Shown: positions 1 to 9,665, numbered from the stretch's first letter. The stretch is 64,000 bases of DNA from Fervidicoccaceae archaeon (GCA_038734945.1 JAVYOA010000009.1:372001-436000); one strand, 5' to 3'. Notes: generated by a model not told the origin, from the sequence alone. Made by a program: numbers and translations.

Positions 1-152
1 AGCAGAGCAACAGAATAATTGAGAAAGGAGACATAGTAAGAGCTAGGGTAGTAGCGTTTGGCTACAATTTGGAGAGGAAGGAGCTCAGGCTACAATTAAC
101 AATGAGACAGCCATACCTAGGAAAAATATCCATTAGAAGAAGGAGTGATTGA
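1..152 (+). CDS. rpoE1: RNA polymerase subunit E' (Rpo7), C-terminal part; 5' end lies outside the window
   Basis: Frame from nt 3 reads QSNRIIEKGDIVRARVVAFG...LQLTMRQPYLGKI, stop TGA 150-152; directly upstream of spt4 as in the conserved operon. Confidence 0.9.
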   Translation, partial: QSNRIIEKGDIVRARVVAFGYNLERKELRLQLTMRQPYLGKISIRRRSD

Positions 153-153
153 A

Positions 154-363
154 ATGCCGAACAGATCAAAGGCAGTTTATAAAGCATGCGTGAGATGCAA
201 GTTGCTTGTAGATCCGAAAGTTGAGGTATGTCCCAATTGCGGTTCTAAAGAGTTCAGTAATGACTGGGAGGGAATGATTATAGTAATAGATCCGGAAAAA
301 AGCGCCGTTGCTCATATAATTGGAACCAGAGTGCCAGGAAGATATGCCATAAAAGTAAGGTGA
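154..363 (+). CDS. spt4: Transcription elongation factor Spt4 (RpoE'')
   Basis: KACVRC...CPNCGS zinc ribbon, WEGMIIVIDPEKS, PGRYAIKVR; ATG at 154 after GGAG. Confidence 0.95.
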   Translation: MPNRSKAVYKACVRCKLLVDPKVEVCPNCGSKEFSNDWEGMIIVIDPEKSAVAHIIGTRVPGRYAIKVR

Positions 364-917
364 ATATAAATTTGCCTCTTATTCTCAGCAGAGGAGACTT
401 GAGGGAGATCCTATCTCACCCCGTTTCTCCTGTGTCAAGAGAGAAAGCATTCAGAGCAATAATTGAGAGCTTAGGTAGAAGGAGAGTGATTACTGTAGGT
501 GATGTAGTAACTTTTGAGTACATAAGAATCAAGAACGCACCACCCCTCATCGGATTCATTGATGGATTCACAAAGAGAGATATTGAGACAGAAACGAGCC
601 TTGAAGAGGAGTTTGAGGACCACATTGAGATATCGAACCAGAGAGGAGAGGTTGATCTGGAGTTAATTGAAGATGCGCTGAGTCAAATATCAATAAACTT
701 TCAACAGGGAGTTTCAACTTTGGTTTTTGTGAAGGGGGAAGAGGATTTGCTCTCTCTAGCAACCCCTCTTTTCTTTTCATCACCAGACTCTGTCCTCATC
801 TATGGTCAGCCGAACATGGGAGCAGTAGTCCTTCAGCTCTACTATCCAATGAGAGAATATTTGACATCTCTTCTCTCCTTTCTCTCTCCCTCGATAGGAA
901 GAGAAATCAGCGTCTGA
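360..917 (+). CDS. DUF359 family GTP-dependent dephospho-CoA kinase
   Basis: TVGDVVT, IDGFTKR, VKGEEDLL and YGQPN motifs; conserved position after spt4. Confidence 0.85.
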   Translation: MNINLPLILSRGDLREILSHPVSPVSREKAFRAIIESLGRRRVITVGDVVTFEYIRIKNAPPLIGFIDGFTKRDIETETSLEEEFEDHIEISNQRGEVDLELIEDALSQISINFQQGVSTLVFVKGEEDLLSLATPLFFSSPDSVLIYGQPNMGAVVLQLYYPMREYLTSLLSFLSPSIGREISV

Positions 918-920
918 TTC

Positions 921-2144
921 CTAGAGGGATGATACAATTTTCAATACTGCTCCATTGTGGAGTTTTGAATCTGCTCCCAATCTCTGCTTGGTTTTCACAT
1001 CAATAGCATATATGAATCCTTTCTCCAGGTCAGAATGGATCATTCCTGCTACACTCCTTGCAGTCGAGCCGAAATCCACCAGTAATGCATCTGGAAGAAT
1101 TCTTCCCTCTTTATCAGTCAACTTATTCTGATCCTCAACTGGATAGACAACAATTTTTTTCAGCACATCAAAAACCAAAGAGTTGAGGCTCTGTTGAACT
1201 CCAGTTCCACCATAGACGTTGAAAACCCTTTCCTGTATGTATTTCAAAGCATTTTGCTGGGCCTTAGTAATTTTCGAGGCATCTATTACCTCGAACTTTG
1301 AATCTCCAGGTATGTAATCTATAATTCCAGCTTTAGCAGCCCTCCTCAAAGCGAGTTCAGCTTCACCGCTAACAGGAAATACCTTATCATTTGGGAACGC
1401 TTCTTTCAATCTTCGTATATTTTCCATCGATTGGGGTATATCGGCTTTGTTTGCCACTATAACATGGGGTTTAGCACTTTTCCTCAGCTCTCTTGCAAAT
1501 GCTACAAAGTCTTCTTGCTTCCACATAGAGGGTCTCTTGCTCTCCAAGCCACTTTTTCCAAGAGCATCAAGCACAGCAGCACGCTTCACAGATAATCCAG
1601 AAATTTTCTCATAAAGTGCCTCTTGAACATCCTTTCTTCCAGTTTCTACAGCAACTGAAAATTTTTGCCAGTCCGATGAAATTATTCTAGCTAGCCACAT
1701 GTCAATCTCGAATAATATATCCTTAACTTCTTTGACCGGATCATTGGTTCCCGGGGGGACTGGATTTCCGCTCTCATCAGTTGAGCCAGATGCATCAACT
1801 ACGAGCAAAAAAGCATCAGCCCTTCTGAGATCGTCCATGAACTTATTTCCGAGCCCCCTTCCCATATATGCGCCTGGAATGAGTCCAGCTACATCAGTTA
1901 ATTCAACGGGAACGAATCTGTTGCCCTTTGTGCAATATCCGCTTCTTGGGTTGCAGCTTGGAAGAGAAAACTCAACATGAGGACAATTAACTCTTACGTA
2001 TCCTACTCCTTTGTTCGGATCTATCGTTGTGAAGGGTCTATTGCTTATCTCCACTGTGGCCATAGTGATTGAGGAAAATATGGTGGATTTCCCGACATTA
2101 GTCTTTCCAACTATCCCTATTAATGGAGGAGCGTAATTGACCAA
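921..2144 (-). CDS. ychF: YchF/Ola1 family Obg-like ATPase/GTPase with TGS domain
   Basis: GKTNVGKST, PFTTIDPN, DVAGLIPGA, ANKAD, C-terminal TGS (IHSDL). Confidence 0.92.
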   Translation of the reverse strand: MVNYAPPLIGIVGKTNVGKSTIFSSITMATVEISNRPFTTIDPNKGVGYVRVNCPHVEFSLPSCNPRSGYCTKGNRFVPVELTDVAGLIPGAYMGRGLGNKFMDDLRRADAFLLVVDASGSTDESGNPVPPGTNDPVKEVKDILFEIDMWLARIISSDWQKFSVAVETGRKDVQEALYEKISGLSVKRAAVLDALGKSGLESKRPSMWKQEDFVAFARELRKSAKPHVIVANKADIPQSMENIRRLKEAFPNDKVFPVSGEAELALRRAAKAGIIDYIPGDSKFEVIDASKITKAQQNALKYIQERVFNVYGGTGVQQSLNSLVFDVLKKIVVYPVEDQNKLTDKEGRILPDALLVDFGSTARSVAGMIHSDLEKGFIYAIDVKTKQRLGADSKLHNGAVLKIVSSL

Positions 2145-2150
2145 GCAGCA

Positions 2151-3542
2151 TCAATCCTCAATATGTCTTCTGAAAGCTTCATCAACTATCAATGTGTATG
2201 CATCTTCTCCCTTAATGTTTATTTCATATTGCTTCCTGGCTTCAGAGGGATCGTATATCTCGAGGTTGACAAAACCTCTAAGCGATCCCTTCAAGTACTC
2301 TATTCTTTTCTTTAACTCCTCAAGCGGAAGCATCTGATATTTCCACATAATGGTTCCCGGCTTAGGAATGAAAGGATTTATTGAAACTTTGACTTTTCTG
2401 TTGTTTCCCATTATCTTCACTGCATTCCTTATTTGTGAAGCAATTTCTCCCAAATCGTCCTGAGACTCATTAGGAAGACCTATCATATAATAAAGTTTAA
2501 CCGAGAGACCCTGACCAGCCAAAGCATTCAATGCTCCATATATATCCTCATCCCTCATCATTTTCCCAATCTCAAACCTCAAACTTTGTCTTGCTGTTTC
2601 GGGGGCAATAGCTACAGTTCTCTGCCCAATTTTCTTAATAAGTTCAGCTCTCTCCTCACTTATCGTTTCAGCTCTTACGCTTGGAATACTTCCCTCGATT
2701 CCCATTTCAACAAGCCTCTTCAGCAGCTCATCTCCAGTCTTTGAATCGAAAAAGCTGAGCGAGAAAAATGTTACTTTCTTAACCTCATTTGCTTCTACTC
2801 CTTTTTCAATTAGCTGGTTCAGTATAGATAGGGATCTTTCTCTTCTTCCTCCAGAAACAGCTGCCTCTAAGCAGAAAAAACAGCCTCTGCTGCATCCTCT
2901 AGAGGTTTCAAGCATAAACGATCTTCCCCAAACAGGTTCAACATTCTCGTTCTGTATCTGCTGAATTGGATGAAAGGCCCTGTCCAGATCGGAAACCCTG
3001 ACAATTTCTCTCTCGCCTTTTTCAGGCAGCCAAACTCCTTTGACCTCCTGAAGAGAATCAAGAAACCTTTTCTTTTCCTTTTTATCAATATACTGCAAAG
3101 CTTCTACGAATTTTTCACCAGAAGCCTCAAATTCTCCAAGGAATGCTGCATCGGCAATTTTCACCATTGGATAGGGCCAAGCTGAAATGCTTGGACCACC
3201 AACAATCAGAAAAGGATCCTCAGCTCTTTTTTCCTTTAGTGGATTAAGCCCAGCCCGATATAGTAATTTCACGATTTCCACATAATCTAGCTCATAGTGG
3301 GCACTAGCTAGTATCAAATCAAATTTTCTCAGCGGAGTTCTCGTCTCAATGCTAATAGGAAGCTCTCCATCTGCCACAACTCTTTCAGCATAGATATCAT
3401 CAAAGCTATTGAGATAATAGTAAATTATCTGATATCCTAGGCTTGAAATGCTAGCTCTATAGGTTGATGGAAAAAGAAGAGCTATCCTATGCTGAAACCT
3501 TCTCTTGAAAATAGCATTTCTTTCTCTAAACTTTGGCTTCAA
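2151..3542 (-). CDS. Radical SAM protein (YgiQ-like, B12-binding-like N-terminus)
   Basis: ETSRGCSRGCFFC CxxxCxxC motif, IAPET, YYMIGLPNE, PFIPKPGT. Confidence 0.85.
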   Translation of the reverse strand: MKPKFRERNAIFKRRFQHRIALLFPSTYRASISSLGYQIIYYYLNSFDDIYAERVVADGELPISIETRTPLRKFDLILASAHYELDYVEIVKLLYRAGLNPLKEKRAEDPFLIVGGPSISAWPYPMVKIADAAFLGEFEASGEKFVEALQYIDKKEKKRFLDSLQEVKGVWLPEKGEREIVRVSDLDRAFHPIQQIQNENVEPVWGRSFMLETSRGCSRGCFFCLEAAVSGGRRERSLSILNQLIEKGVEANEVKKVTFFSLSFFDSKTGDELLKRLVEMGIEGSIPSVRAETISEERAELIKKIGQRTVAIAPETARQSLRFEIGKMMRDEDIYGALNALAGQGLSVKLYYMIGLPNESQDDLGEIASQIRNAVKIMGNNRKVKVSINPFIPKPGTIMWKYQMLPLEELKKRIEYLKGSLRGFVNLEIYDPSEARKQYEINIKGEDAYTLIVDEAFRRHIED

Positions 3543-4816
3543 CTCCCATCAGCTTGCCTCTCTATGATAGTTCTGCCCTGCTCGCATGTGAGAAGAGAAT
3601 TGTCTGGAACGTCCGTGTTCACTATGCAACCTGCATTTATCCATGCTCTAGCTCCAATCTTAACCCCCGGAAGGATGCTAGTGTTTATTCCTGTTTTTGC
3701 CCAGTCCCCTATGACCGTTCCAAACTTTCTTCTCCCTGTATCTACAATTGAACCTCTGAGCATAGATTTGACGTTCTTTCCATCATGTCTGACATTCGCT
3801 GTAATCGTTCCTGCACCAAGATTGACTCCCTCTCCAATTATCGAATCCCCGACGTAGTTTAGGTGAGGAACCTTGGCACCCCTCATTATTATTGAGTTCT
3901 TTATCTGGACCGAGAATCCAATTTTGTTCTCTCCACAAATTATGCTGTATTCTCTGATATGAGAGCAAGGACCAAGCTCTACATTTCCCCTTATAAAAAC
4001 TGGGCCTCTCAGAACCACAGGATCTTCAATTGTTATTTTCTCCTCATCAAACAATATGCATTCTTCTTCTGGAACTCTCCTCAATGTGCAAATTTCCCTC
4101 AATGAAACTTCATTTGCCTTTAGAAGATCCCATGGAGTTCCTACATCCATCCATTCACCCTCGATTTTGCTTACAATGAGCTCACTCTTTTTTGCCAACT
4201 GCTCCAAAGCCGATGTCACTTCAATTTCCCCTCTTTCGGAAATTTGCGTATTTTTAAGAATGGGGAGCAAATATTCCGATTCCAGCTTAAATATTCCAGC
4301 ATTTACAAGTCTATTTTTTGCTGGCAAGTTGCTTGGTTTTTCTATGATTCTCTGAAGCATTCCATTTTTATCCACCTCAAGTACTCCATACCTAGAGACT
4401 TCACTGACCTCAGCTGCTGCTAAGACCTGAGAAGAAGAACCTGCTATGTTCCTCACAGCTTCTTTCAACCTCGATGGAGGCAGAAAAATGTCGCCATATA
4501 TTACAAGAATTTTTCCTTCAATTTCTCCCTTTTCCAGCGCTTCAAGAACAGCATGACCTGTGCCAAGTGGCAAGCTCTGCTTTATGAAGCTGACTTCTAG
4601 GCCAATGCTTTTTGTCATTTCCAACACTCTATTTCTTATCAAATCTTCATGTGAATGAACTACTACAGCCACTTTTCCTATATTAGCTTCGGCTATGGCT
4701 TCCAAATGATATTTTATGAGCGGCTCGCACAGAATCTCAACAAGAGGCTTAGGTCTCGTGGATGTGATCGGCCACATCCTCTCTCCTTTTCCTGCTGCTA
4801 GAAGAATAGCGGTCAA
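3539..4816 (-). CDS. glmU: Bifunctional sugar-1-phosphate nucleotidyltransferase/acetyltransferase (GlmU-like)
   Basis: LAAGKGERMWP..RPKPL, LGTGHA, hexapeptide repeats, HLNYVGDSIIG..NLGAGT. Confidence 0.88.
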   Translation of the reverse strand: MTAILLAAGKGERMWPITSTRPKPLVEILCEPLIKYHLEAIAEANIGKVAVVVHSHEDLIRNRVLEMTKSIGLEVSFIKQSLPLGTGHAVLEALEKGEIEGKILVIYGDIFLPPSRLKEAVRNIAGSSSQVLAAAEVSEVSRYGVLEVDKNGMLQRIIEKPSNLPAKNRLVNAGIFKLESEYLLPILKNTQISERGEIEVTSALEQLAKKSELIVSKIEGEWMDVGTPWDLLKANEVSLREICTLRRVPEEECILFDEEKITIEDPVVLRGPVFIRGNVELGPCSHIREYSIICGENKIGFSVQIKNSIIMRGAKVPHLNYVGDSIIGEGVNLGAGTITANVRHDGKNVKSMLRGSIVDTGRRKFGTVIGDWAKTGINTSILPGVKIGARAWINAGCIVNTDVPDNSLLTCEQGRTIIERQADGS

Positions 4817-4882
4817 TTCACCCAGCTTTTTTCACCCTTCATCATAAGAAAATACTGCTGCTCAAAAATATATTATTCTGCT

Positions 4883-5830
4883 CTACTGCTGAATTTTCTC
4901 TTTGAACCTCTCTTCGTTCCAAACATTTCCCCTCTCGTGGTATCCCAAAGCTTCCCAATATCCGTCTTCATAGTCCTTTCTAAACTCTATCTCGGTTAGC
5001 CATTTGGCGCCTTTCCATCCATAGAGGTCTGGGATAAAGAGCCTTGCTGGAAATCCCTGCTCCTCTGTTAATACTTTTCCATTCATCTTTAGAACAATTA
5101 TGCTGTTTTCGGAGAGAAAATTTTCTATGGGAATTACTGTAGTATATCCATCGGCGGACTTAGCTAGCACCCACTTTGCTTCCTTCTTCACAACAGCAAT
5201 CCTTCCTAATTCACTTGCGGGGACTCCGCTCCAGTGGACTTTTTTTACAGTCCATCCAGTGACGCAGTGAAAGTCAGAAATAAAATCTTTTATTCCTAGA
5301 GACATCAAATCATCGTAGCTTAACTCAAGGGGGTTCCTTACTTCACCTGTTACTCTCAGCTTCCAGCTTCTTAAATCAATCTTTGGCTCACCGAGTATTC
5401 TGTATATGACAAAATCTTGTATTACATATTGACCAGGAGGAATATCTGTTCTATTTACCTGATTTTTTCCATCTATCATAATATTCCCCTTTTGCCTATG
5501 AGCTGCTAGATCAATTGAGCAATCTTTTGAGGTTGCAATAACAATTGAGATCAGTTTTTTGTTCTTAAGAACGGCCCTTATAGATGCGCATCTCGCATCA
5601 CCAATCATCAGGTTAAATTTATATAGCATATGATGCTCTCCGAGGCTTTCGTTCTCTGAAAAAACAATCGAAGAATTTTCTATATTCTCTTTTAGCTGAG
5701 TCTCAATGAACTTCTTCAAAGTATTGATATCTTCAAATACTATTGTTTCAGTTGGATAGCAGTTGAGCGTCTTATCTATACCTTTTGCACTTAACGAAGC
5801 GCTTTCGCTTATGAAGCATTTTAGCTGCAT
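4883..5830 (-). CDS. Sulfite oxidase-like molybdopterin oxidoreductase with ~125-aa N-terminal extension
   Basis: PPGQY, DFHCVTGW, GFPARL..PDLYGWKGAKWL, GYWEALGYH. Confidence 0.85.
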   Translation of the reverse strand: MQLKCFISESASLSAKGIDKTLNCYPTETIVFEDINTLKKFIETQLKENIENSSIVFSENESLGEHHMLYKFNLMIGDARCASIRAVLKNKKLISIVIATSKDCSIDLAAHRQKGNIMIDGKNQVNRTDIPPGQYVIQDFVIYRILGEPKIDLRSWKLRVTGEVRNPLELSYDDLMSLGIKDFISDFHCVTGWTVKKVHWSGVPASELGRIAVVKKEAKWVLAKSADGYTTVIPIENFLSENSIIVLKMNGKVLTEEQGFPARLFIPDLYGWKGAKWLTEIEFRKDYEDGYWEALGYHERGNVWNEERFKEKIQQ

Positions 5831-6027
5831 GGCTCATCCTAAAAGATGCTTTTCTTTAAAAGTTAATAATAAGGATTTTATGAAGGAAAAAGCTCTTCGG
5901 TGATCAGAGCATTTTAAAAAATTATATCGATTGAGCAAATAAAATCGATTTATTTATATATCAGTTATTCAGTTTAGAAAGAGAGTTATTATCACCTTGA
6001 GGAAAAAGAATCAGGGGGAGATCAACC

Positions 6028-6330
6028 ACGAAATTCTGCCCCAAATGTGGCGGCGTAATGGTCCCTGTTAAGAAAGGAAGCCATATTATACTTAGGTGCA
6101 CCAAGTGCGGCTATGAGACAAAAGTTGGAAAGGAGAAGAAATCGTATGTTTTGAAAGAGAAAGTAAGCGAAAAGGAAAGAACAAAGACAACATCCCTAGT
6201 CTCAGAGCCTTCAAAGTTCGGCATTTCAGATGAGGAACAGCAGCAGCGCGTTGAAGACTACTATGAGATAGCTCTCGAACTAATGCAGGAGGAAGGAGAA
6301 GAGGGAGGAGAGGAAGGAGGAGAGGAATAG
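6028..6330 (+). CDS. TFS/RpoM-like protein with N-terminal zinc ribbon only and an acidic tail; probable non-canonical ACG start
   Basis: In-frame KFCPKCGGVM...LRCTKCGYE lies upstream of the ORF-track ATG (6058); in-frame stop at 5998; GGGGGAG SD-like site at 6014-6020. Confidence 0.75.
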   Translation, partial: TKFCPKCGGVMVPVKKGSHIILRCTKCGYETKVGKEKKSYVLKEKVSEKERTKTTSLVSEPSKFGISDEEQQQRVEDYYEIALELMQEEGEEGGEEGGEE

Positions 6331-6363
6331 AATTAAATAAATGATCAAGCAATTTTCTCAATA

Positions 6364-6393
6364 GAATTTCCCTATTTCATGTAAGGGAAATTC
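6364..6393. promoter_or_regulatory. 10-bp perfect inverted repeat (operator or hairpin) upstream of the DHH-pcc1-rps3ae operon
   Basis: GAATTTCCCT-N10-AGGGAAATTC. Confidence 0.4.
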
Positions 6394-6415
6394 GATTTTA
6401 CAGGGGAAAGTCCAA

Positions 6416-7591
6416 TTGAGCGATTCTAAGTATTTGGAAGCAAATCTTAAAGGGCTCTCTGAAAAAATAGTGGAATATTTGAGCAAAACTGACACAGTGA
6501 AGATTTTTGCCTACCCTGATCCTCTCTCATTTCACTCCTCAATTTTGATAGCATCCGTTGCTGCAGAAAAGAAATTCAATGTAAGGATCACTTTAACCGA
6601 GACACTTCCAAAAGAACTTAAAGAAGGAGTGATCGTTGGCTTCAATCAGAAGGGAAACGAGCAACAGACAAAGCTAATTAGCATAGGAAAGCAGATCACC
6701 ATCTCCCAGAAAAACAAAGTTGAGACCATATCACTAAATCCAGTTATTCAGGTTTTTTTGGCTCTGGAGAATATCTCTCTAATGAGCAGTAAACAATACA
6801 TTGCTTATTCCTCTATATACCAAAATCTAAACATATTGCAGGAAGAGGATCCGCTAATTCTTTTTCTTCAATTAAATACATATTTCAAAATACAGAAAAA
6901 GACAATTTCTGTGATTCAGACTTCAAAGAGATCCCTCTTGGACTCCCTTCATCACACAATTGATCCATTCTATCCATCATTTTCAGCAGCAGGACATGAC
7001 GCAATTTTGAACAAGCTGAGAGAGATGGGAATCAAAGCAGATATCCCCCTCGCTATGCTCAGTGAAGATGAAATGAAGAAGTTGGTTGAAGCACTTCTTT
7101 TAAATTTGAGCTATAGAACACAGAAACAGCCAAAGAAGGAGCTCATGAGACCCCTTCTCATATACCAGGTTGGAGAGAGAGAGTATGACCTCAAGGAAAT
7201 AGGAGAGGCATTGGATATAGCGTTAGAAGTGGCACCTGGCTCTCTTTTCTCTCTCTATTCCAACGAAATTCCACTGGATGGCCTGCTAGCTATCAGGGCA
7301 CGAGAAATAGGTTGGATTGGACAGATGATGAGGGAGATAATCAACGGTAAAATAAAACAAGATAAAGATGGTTTCTTCCTTCTAAAATGCGATCTTCCTG
7401 CCCCAGTTCACTTTATTGGAAACCTGGCTAGAAAGATGGAAGTTGCTGGTCCTGGGAGCATCTTTGCCTGTGTTCAGAATGGAAAGCGAATAACCTCTCT
7501 TTTTGAACTGTCACAGGCTTCGAAGGAAGTGAGAAGTTCAATAAAGAACTATCAAGCAACAAATATTTTCCCGTTTGTATCAATCGAATAA
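6416..7591 (+). CDS. Degenerate DHH/RecJ (GAN/Cdc45-like) family protein
   Basis: Position in the RecJ-pcc1-rps3ae cluster; LLDSLHHTIDPFYPS..LREMGI segment resembles archaeal RecJ homologs; catalytic DxD and DHH motifs not recognisable. Confidence 0.6.
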   Translation: MSDSKYLEANLKGLSEKIVEYLSKTDTVKIFAYPDPLSFHSSILIASVAAEKKFNVRITLTETLPKELKEGVIVGFNQKGNEQQTKLISIGKQITISQKNKVETISLNPVIQVFLALENISLMSSKQYIAYSSIYQNLNILQEEDPLILFLQLNTYFKIQKKTISVIQTSKRSLLDSLHHTIDPFYPSFSAAGHDAILNKLREMGIKADIPLAMLSEDEMKKLVEALLLNLSYRTQKQPKKELMRPLLIYQVGEREYDLKEIGEALDIALEVAPGSLFSLYSNEIPLDGLLAIRAREIGWIGQMMREIINGKIKQDKDGFFLLKCDLPAPVHFIGNLARKMEVAGPGSIFACVQNGKRITSLFELSQASKEVRSSIKNYQATNIFPFVSIE

Positions 7592-7607
7592 AAAGAGGGT
7601 AAAAACA

Positions 7608-7907
7608 TTGTCAATACAGGAAATTGGGGCCACGCTTGAGCTTGTTATAGATGATGAGGAAGTAGCAAAGGCAATAATTGACGGGATATCAGCTGATGAT
7701 GAACCAGAGGGAAAAAAGATAAAAACGAAGGCTTACAGGAAGGGAAATAAGGTAATTGTTGAAATGCAAACCAAGAATCCCGAGGTCCTAACATTAAGGA
7801 ACACTATTGAGGAATATCTTAGATCAATAGCTACGGTTATTAATGCCTTAACTGCATCAAAAAATGGGACAGAGAAAACGGAAAAAACAGAGAACGTAGG
7901 AGGATGA
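7608..7907 (+). CDS. pcc1: KEOPS complex subunit Pcc1
   Basis: AKAIIDGISADD...TLRNTIEEYLRSI pattern; directly upstream of rps3ae; TTG at 7608 after GAGGG. Confidence 0.75.
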   Translation: MSIQEIGATLELVIDDEEVAKAIIDGISADDEPEGKKIKTKAYRKGNKVIVEMQTKNPEVLTLRNTIEEYLRSIATVINALTASKNGTEKTEKTENVGG

Positions 7908-7911
7908 ATAT

Positions 7912-8559
7912 ATGTCAGCTGCAAAGGGAAGAAGGAAGGAGATTAAGGACTTATGGAGGCAAAAGAAGTGGTACGAGGTCCTAGCTCCTCCAGTGTTTGG
8001 GGAAGTCTCAATAGGGAGCATCCCAGCCATAGAACCCTCCAATCTTATAGGAAGAACTATAGAAGCGACCTTATACGACATAACCGGAGATTACAACCAA
8101 GTTCACATAAAGCTGAAATTCCAAATAACTAGCGTCGATGGGCATACGGCAAAAACTCGCTTTAAGGGTCATGAGCTAGCAAGAGATTACTTGAAGGTGC
8201 TTACAAGAAGAAAAAGTAGCAAGATTCAGGGAATCTTCAAAGTTCAGACAAAGGACGGATATGTCTTGAGGGTTTCCAGTGCTGCATTTACATCGTTCAA
8301 GGCGAAAAGCAGTCAGAAGAGAGCCATAAGGAAGATAATGGAAAAAATTATAGCAGAAAAGGCAAAGGAAATGACCTTTGATGAATTGATTCAGGCATTC
8401 ATGGGAGATACCATAACCTCCGAAATATTTTCGGAGGCAAAGAAGATATATCCTATTAGAAAGGTGGAAATATTCAAATCAAAATTGCTGTTGGTTCCTG
8501 GCCCTCACGGCCCTCAAAAAGCAGTAATCGTTCCAGGGAGCCAAGCACTACATCAATAA
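7912..8559 (+). CDS. rps3ae: 30S ribosomal protein S3Ae (eS1)
   Basis: KDLWRQKKWYEVLAPPVFG, GRTIEATLYDITGD, KIYPIRKVEIFK. Confidence 0.97.
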   Translation: MSAAKGRRKEIKDLWRQKKWYEVLAPPVFGEVSIGSIPAIEPSNLIGRTIEATLYDITGDYNQVHIKLKFQITSVDGHTAKTRFKGHELARDYLKVLTRRKSSKIQGIFKVQTKDGYVLRVSSAAFTSFKAKSSQKRAIRKIMEKIIAEKAKEMTFDELIQAFMGDTITSEIFSEAKKIYPIRKVEIFKSKLLLVPGPHGPQKAVIVPGSQALHQ

Positions 8560-8620
8560 TTTTAATAATACTCTATCCAGTTTTTGACAAATAGATTTTC
8601 ATTTTATTTCACATGTAGCT

Positions 8621-9364
8621 TCAAGCAGTTGGGGCAATCCAATAAACTAAGCTTCCTAGCTTGGAGATCTCGGAACTTAGCTTTAGCGGAAGTTGTTCAC
8701 CGAATATCAGTGAAACAACTCCCTCTGAAGTAAGACCCCTAACAACAGAATAGAATAAATCAACGCTATACTTTGATTCAGCCTTTTCGACTTTAGAGCT
8801 TAACGATAAAAGGGGAGCTCCTTCCTTGAGTACAGCTATATAGCTTCTTCCAGAAGATTCGGCCAAGAACTTCAATTCGTTCTGCTCAAAAAGGATTCTA
8901 AAATCACCACCAACCCTCTTCAGGTCCTCAGCTATCTCTTTCAAGTCTTTTGTCGCTAGAGATGCTTCAACCTGCATGTCAACCTTAGGCTCTCCAATCT
9001 CTTCAGGTTCAGTCAGAGTAATTGGAATTTTGAATGATCTCTTAACCATTTGTTTCTCATTCTTGAATTCTACGTTCAATTCACTGCCTTCAATAGATAA
9101 CTCCAATGAGTCTCCCCTCACGGCCCTTTTCAAAACCTTGTTTAAATCTGCTGATCTAACTAAGAAAGCCGTTCTTTGGTCTAGCTCGATCTCATCAAAC
9201 AATTCCGCAGGAATCTTGAGAATGATCATCGTTGTTTTATCTTCACTCAAGCTTCTTATACTTATACCGCTTTCGTCAACAACAATAGGCATTTCATCCA
9301 AATTTTTCGATGCCAATGTCATGAATTCCCTGAACTCCGTGGCTTTTCCAAAAATTATCCTCAT
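8621..9364 (-). CDS. pcn: DNA sliding clamp PCNA (one of the crenarchaeal paralogs)
   Basis: ~247 aa; GISIRSLSEDKTTMI, SKYSVDLF, PLKL..LVYWIAP. Confidence 0.9.
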   Translation of the reverse strand: MRIIFGKATEFREFMTLASKNLDEMPIVVDESGISIRSLSEDKTTMIILKIPAELFDEIELDQRTAFLVRSADLNKVLKRAVRGDSLELSIEGSELNVEFKNEKQMVKRSFKIPITLTEPEEIGEPKVDMQVEASLATKDLKEIAEDLKRVGGDFRILFEQNELKFLAESSGRSYIAVLKEGAPLLSLSSKVEKAESKYSVDLFYSVVRGLTSEGVVSLIFGEQLPLKLSSEISKLGSLVYWIAPTA

Positions 9365-9430
9365 GTCTCTTCCCTTCACTTTACGATTTGAACCTTTCAA
9401 ACCGGGAATAAAATATAGATCTTTTTAGTT

Positions 9431-9664
9431 TTATTCTTTTTTCCCTTCAAGCATATCTTCTATGCTTTTTATTTTCCTATTGAGCTCTTTCTCTGCTGTT
9501 TCTTCGCGAACCGGAACATTCCAGGCGGGCTCTCCTTTATAGCTCCATTTTTCTAGTATTATGCTGCATCTGTAGCAAACTCTCAACTTTCTTCCATTGA
9601 ATTCCACGTATGTCGTTGGAGCATTCCTTCCGCAGATATCGCACCTGTACCAGTATATGCTCAA
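9431..9664 (-). CDS. Small zinc-finger protein
   Basis: CDICGR...VCYRC; TTG after GGTGA; operonic between DUF72 and pcn. Confidence 0.7.
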   Translation of the reverse strand: MSIYWYRCDICGRNAPTTYVEFNGRKLRVCYRCSIILEKWSYKGEPAWNVPVREETAEKELNRKIKSIEDMLEGKKE

Positions 9665-9665
9665 A

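Noticed and set aside
4817..4845. C-box/K-turn (ATGATGA) or a CTG start in the glmU leader
   Set aside because: No matching D box or stem; cannot be distinguished from an ordinary TTG start
6289..6330. GAGGAAGGAGGA-type tandem repeat
   Set aside because: Simply encodes the low-complexity EEGG tail
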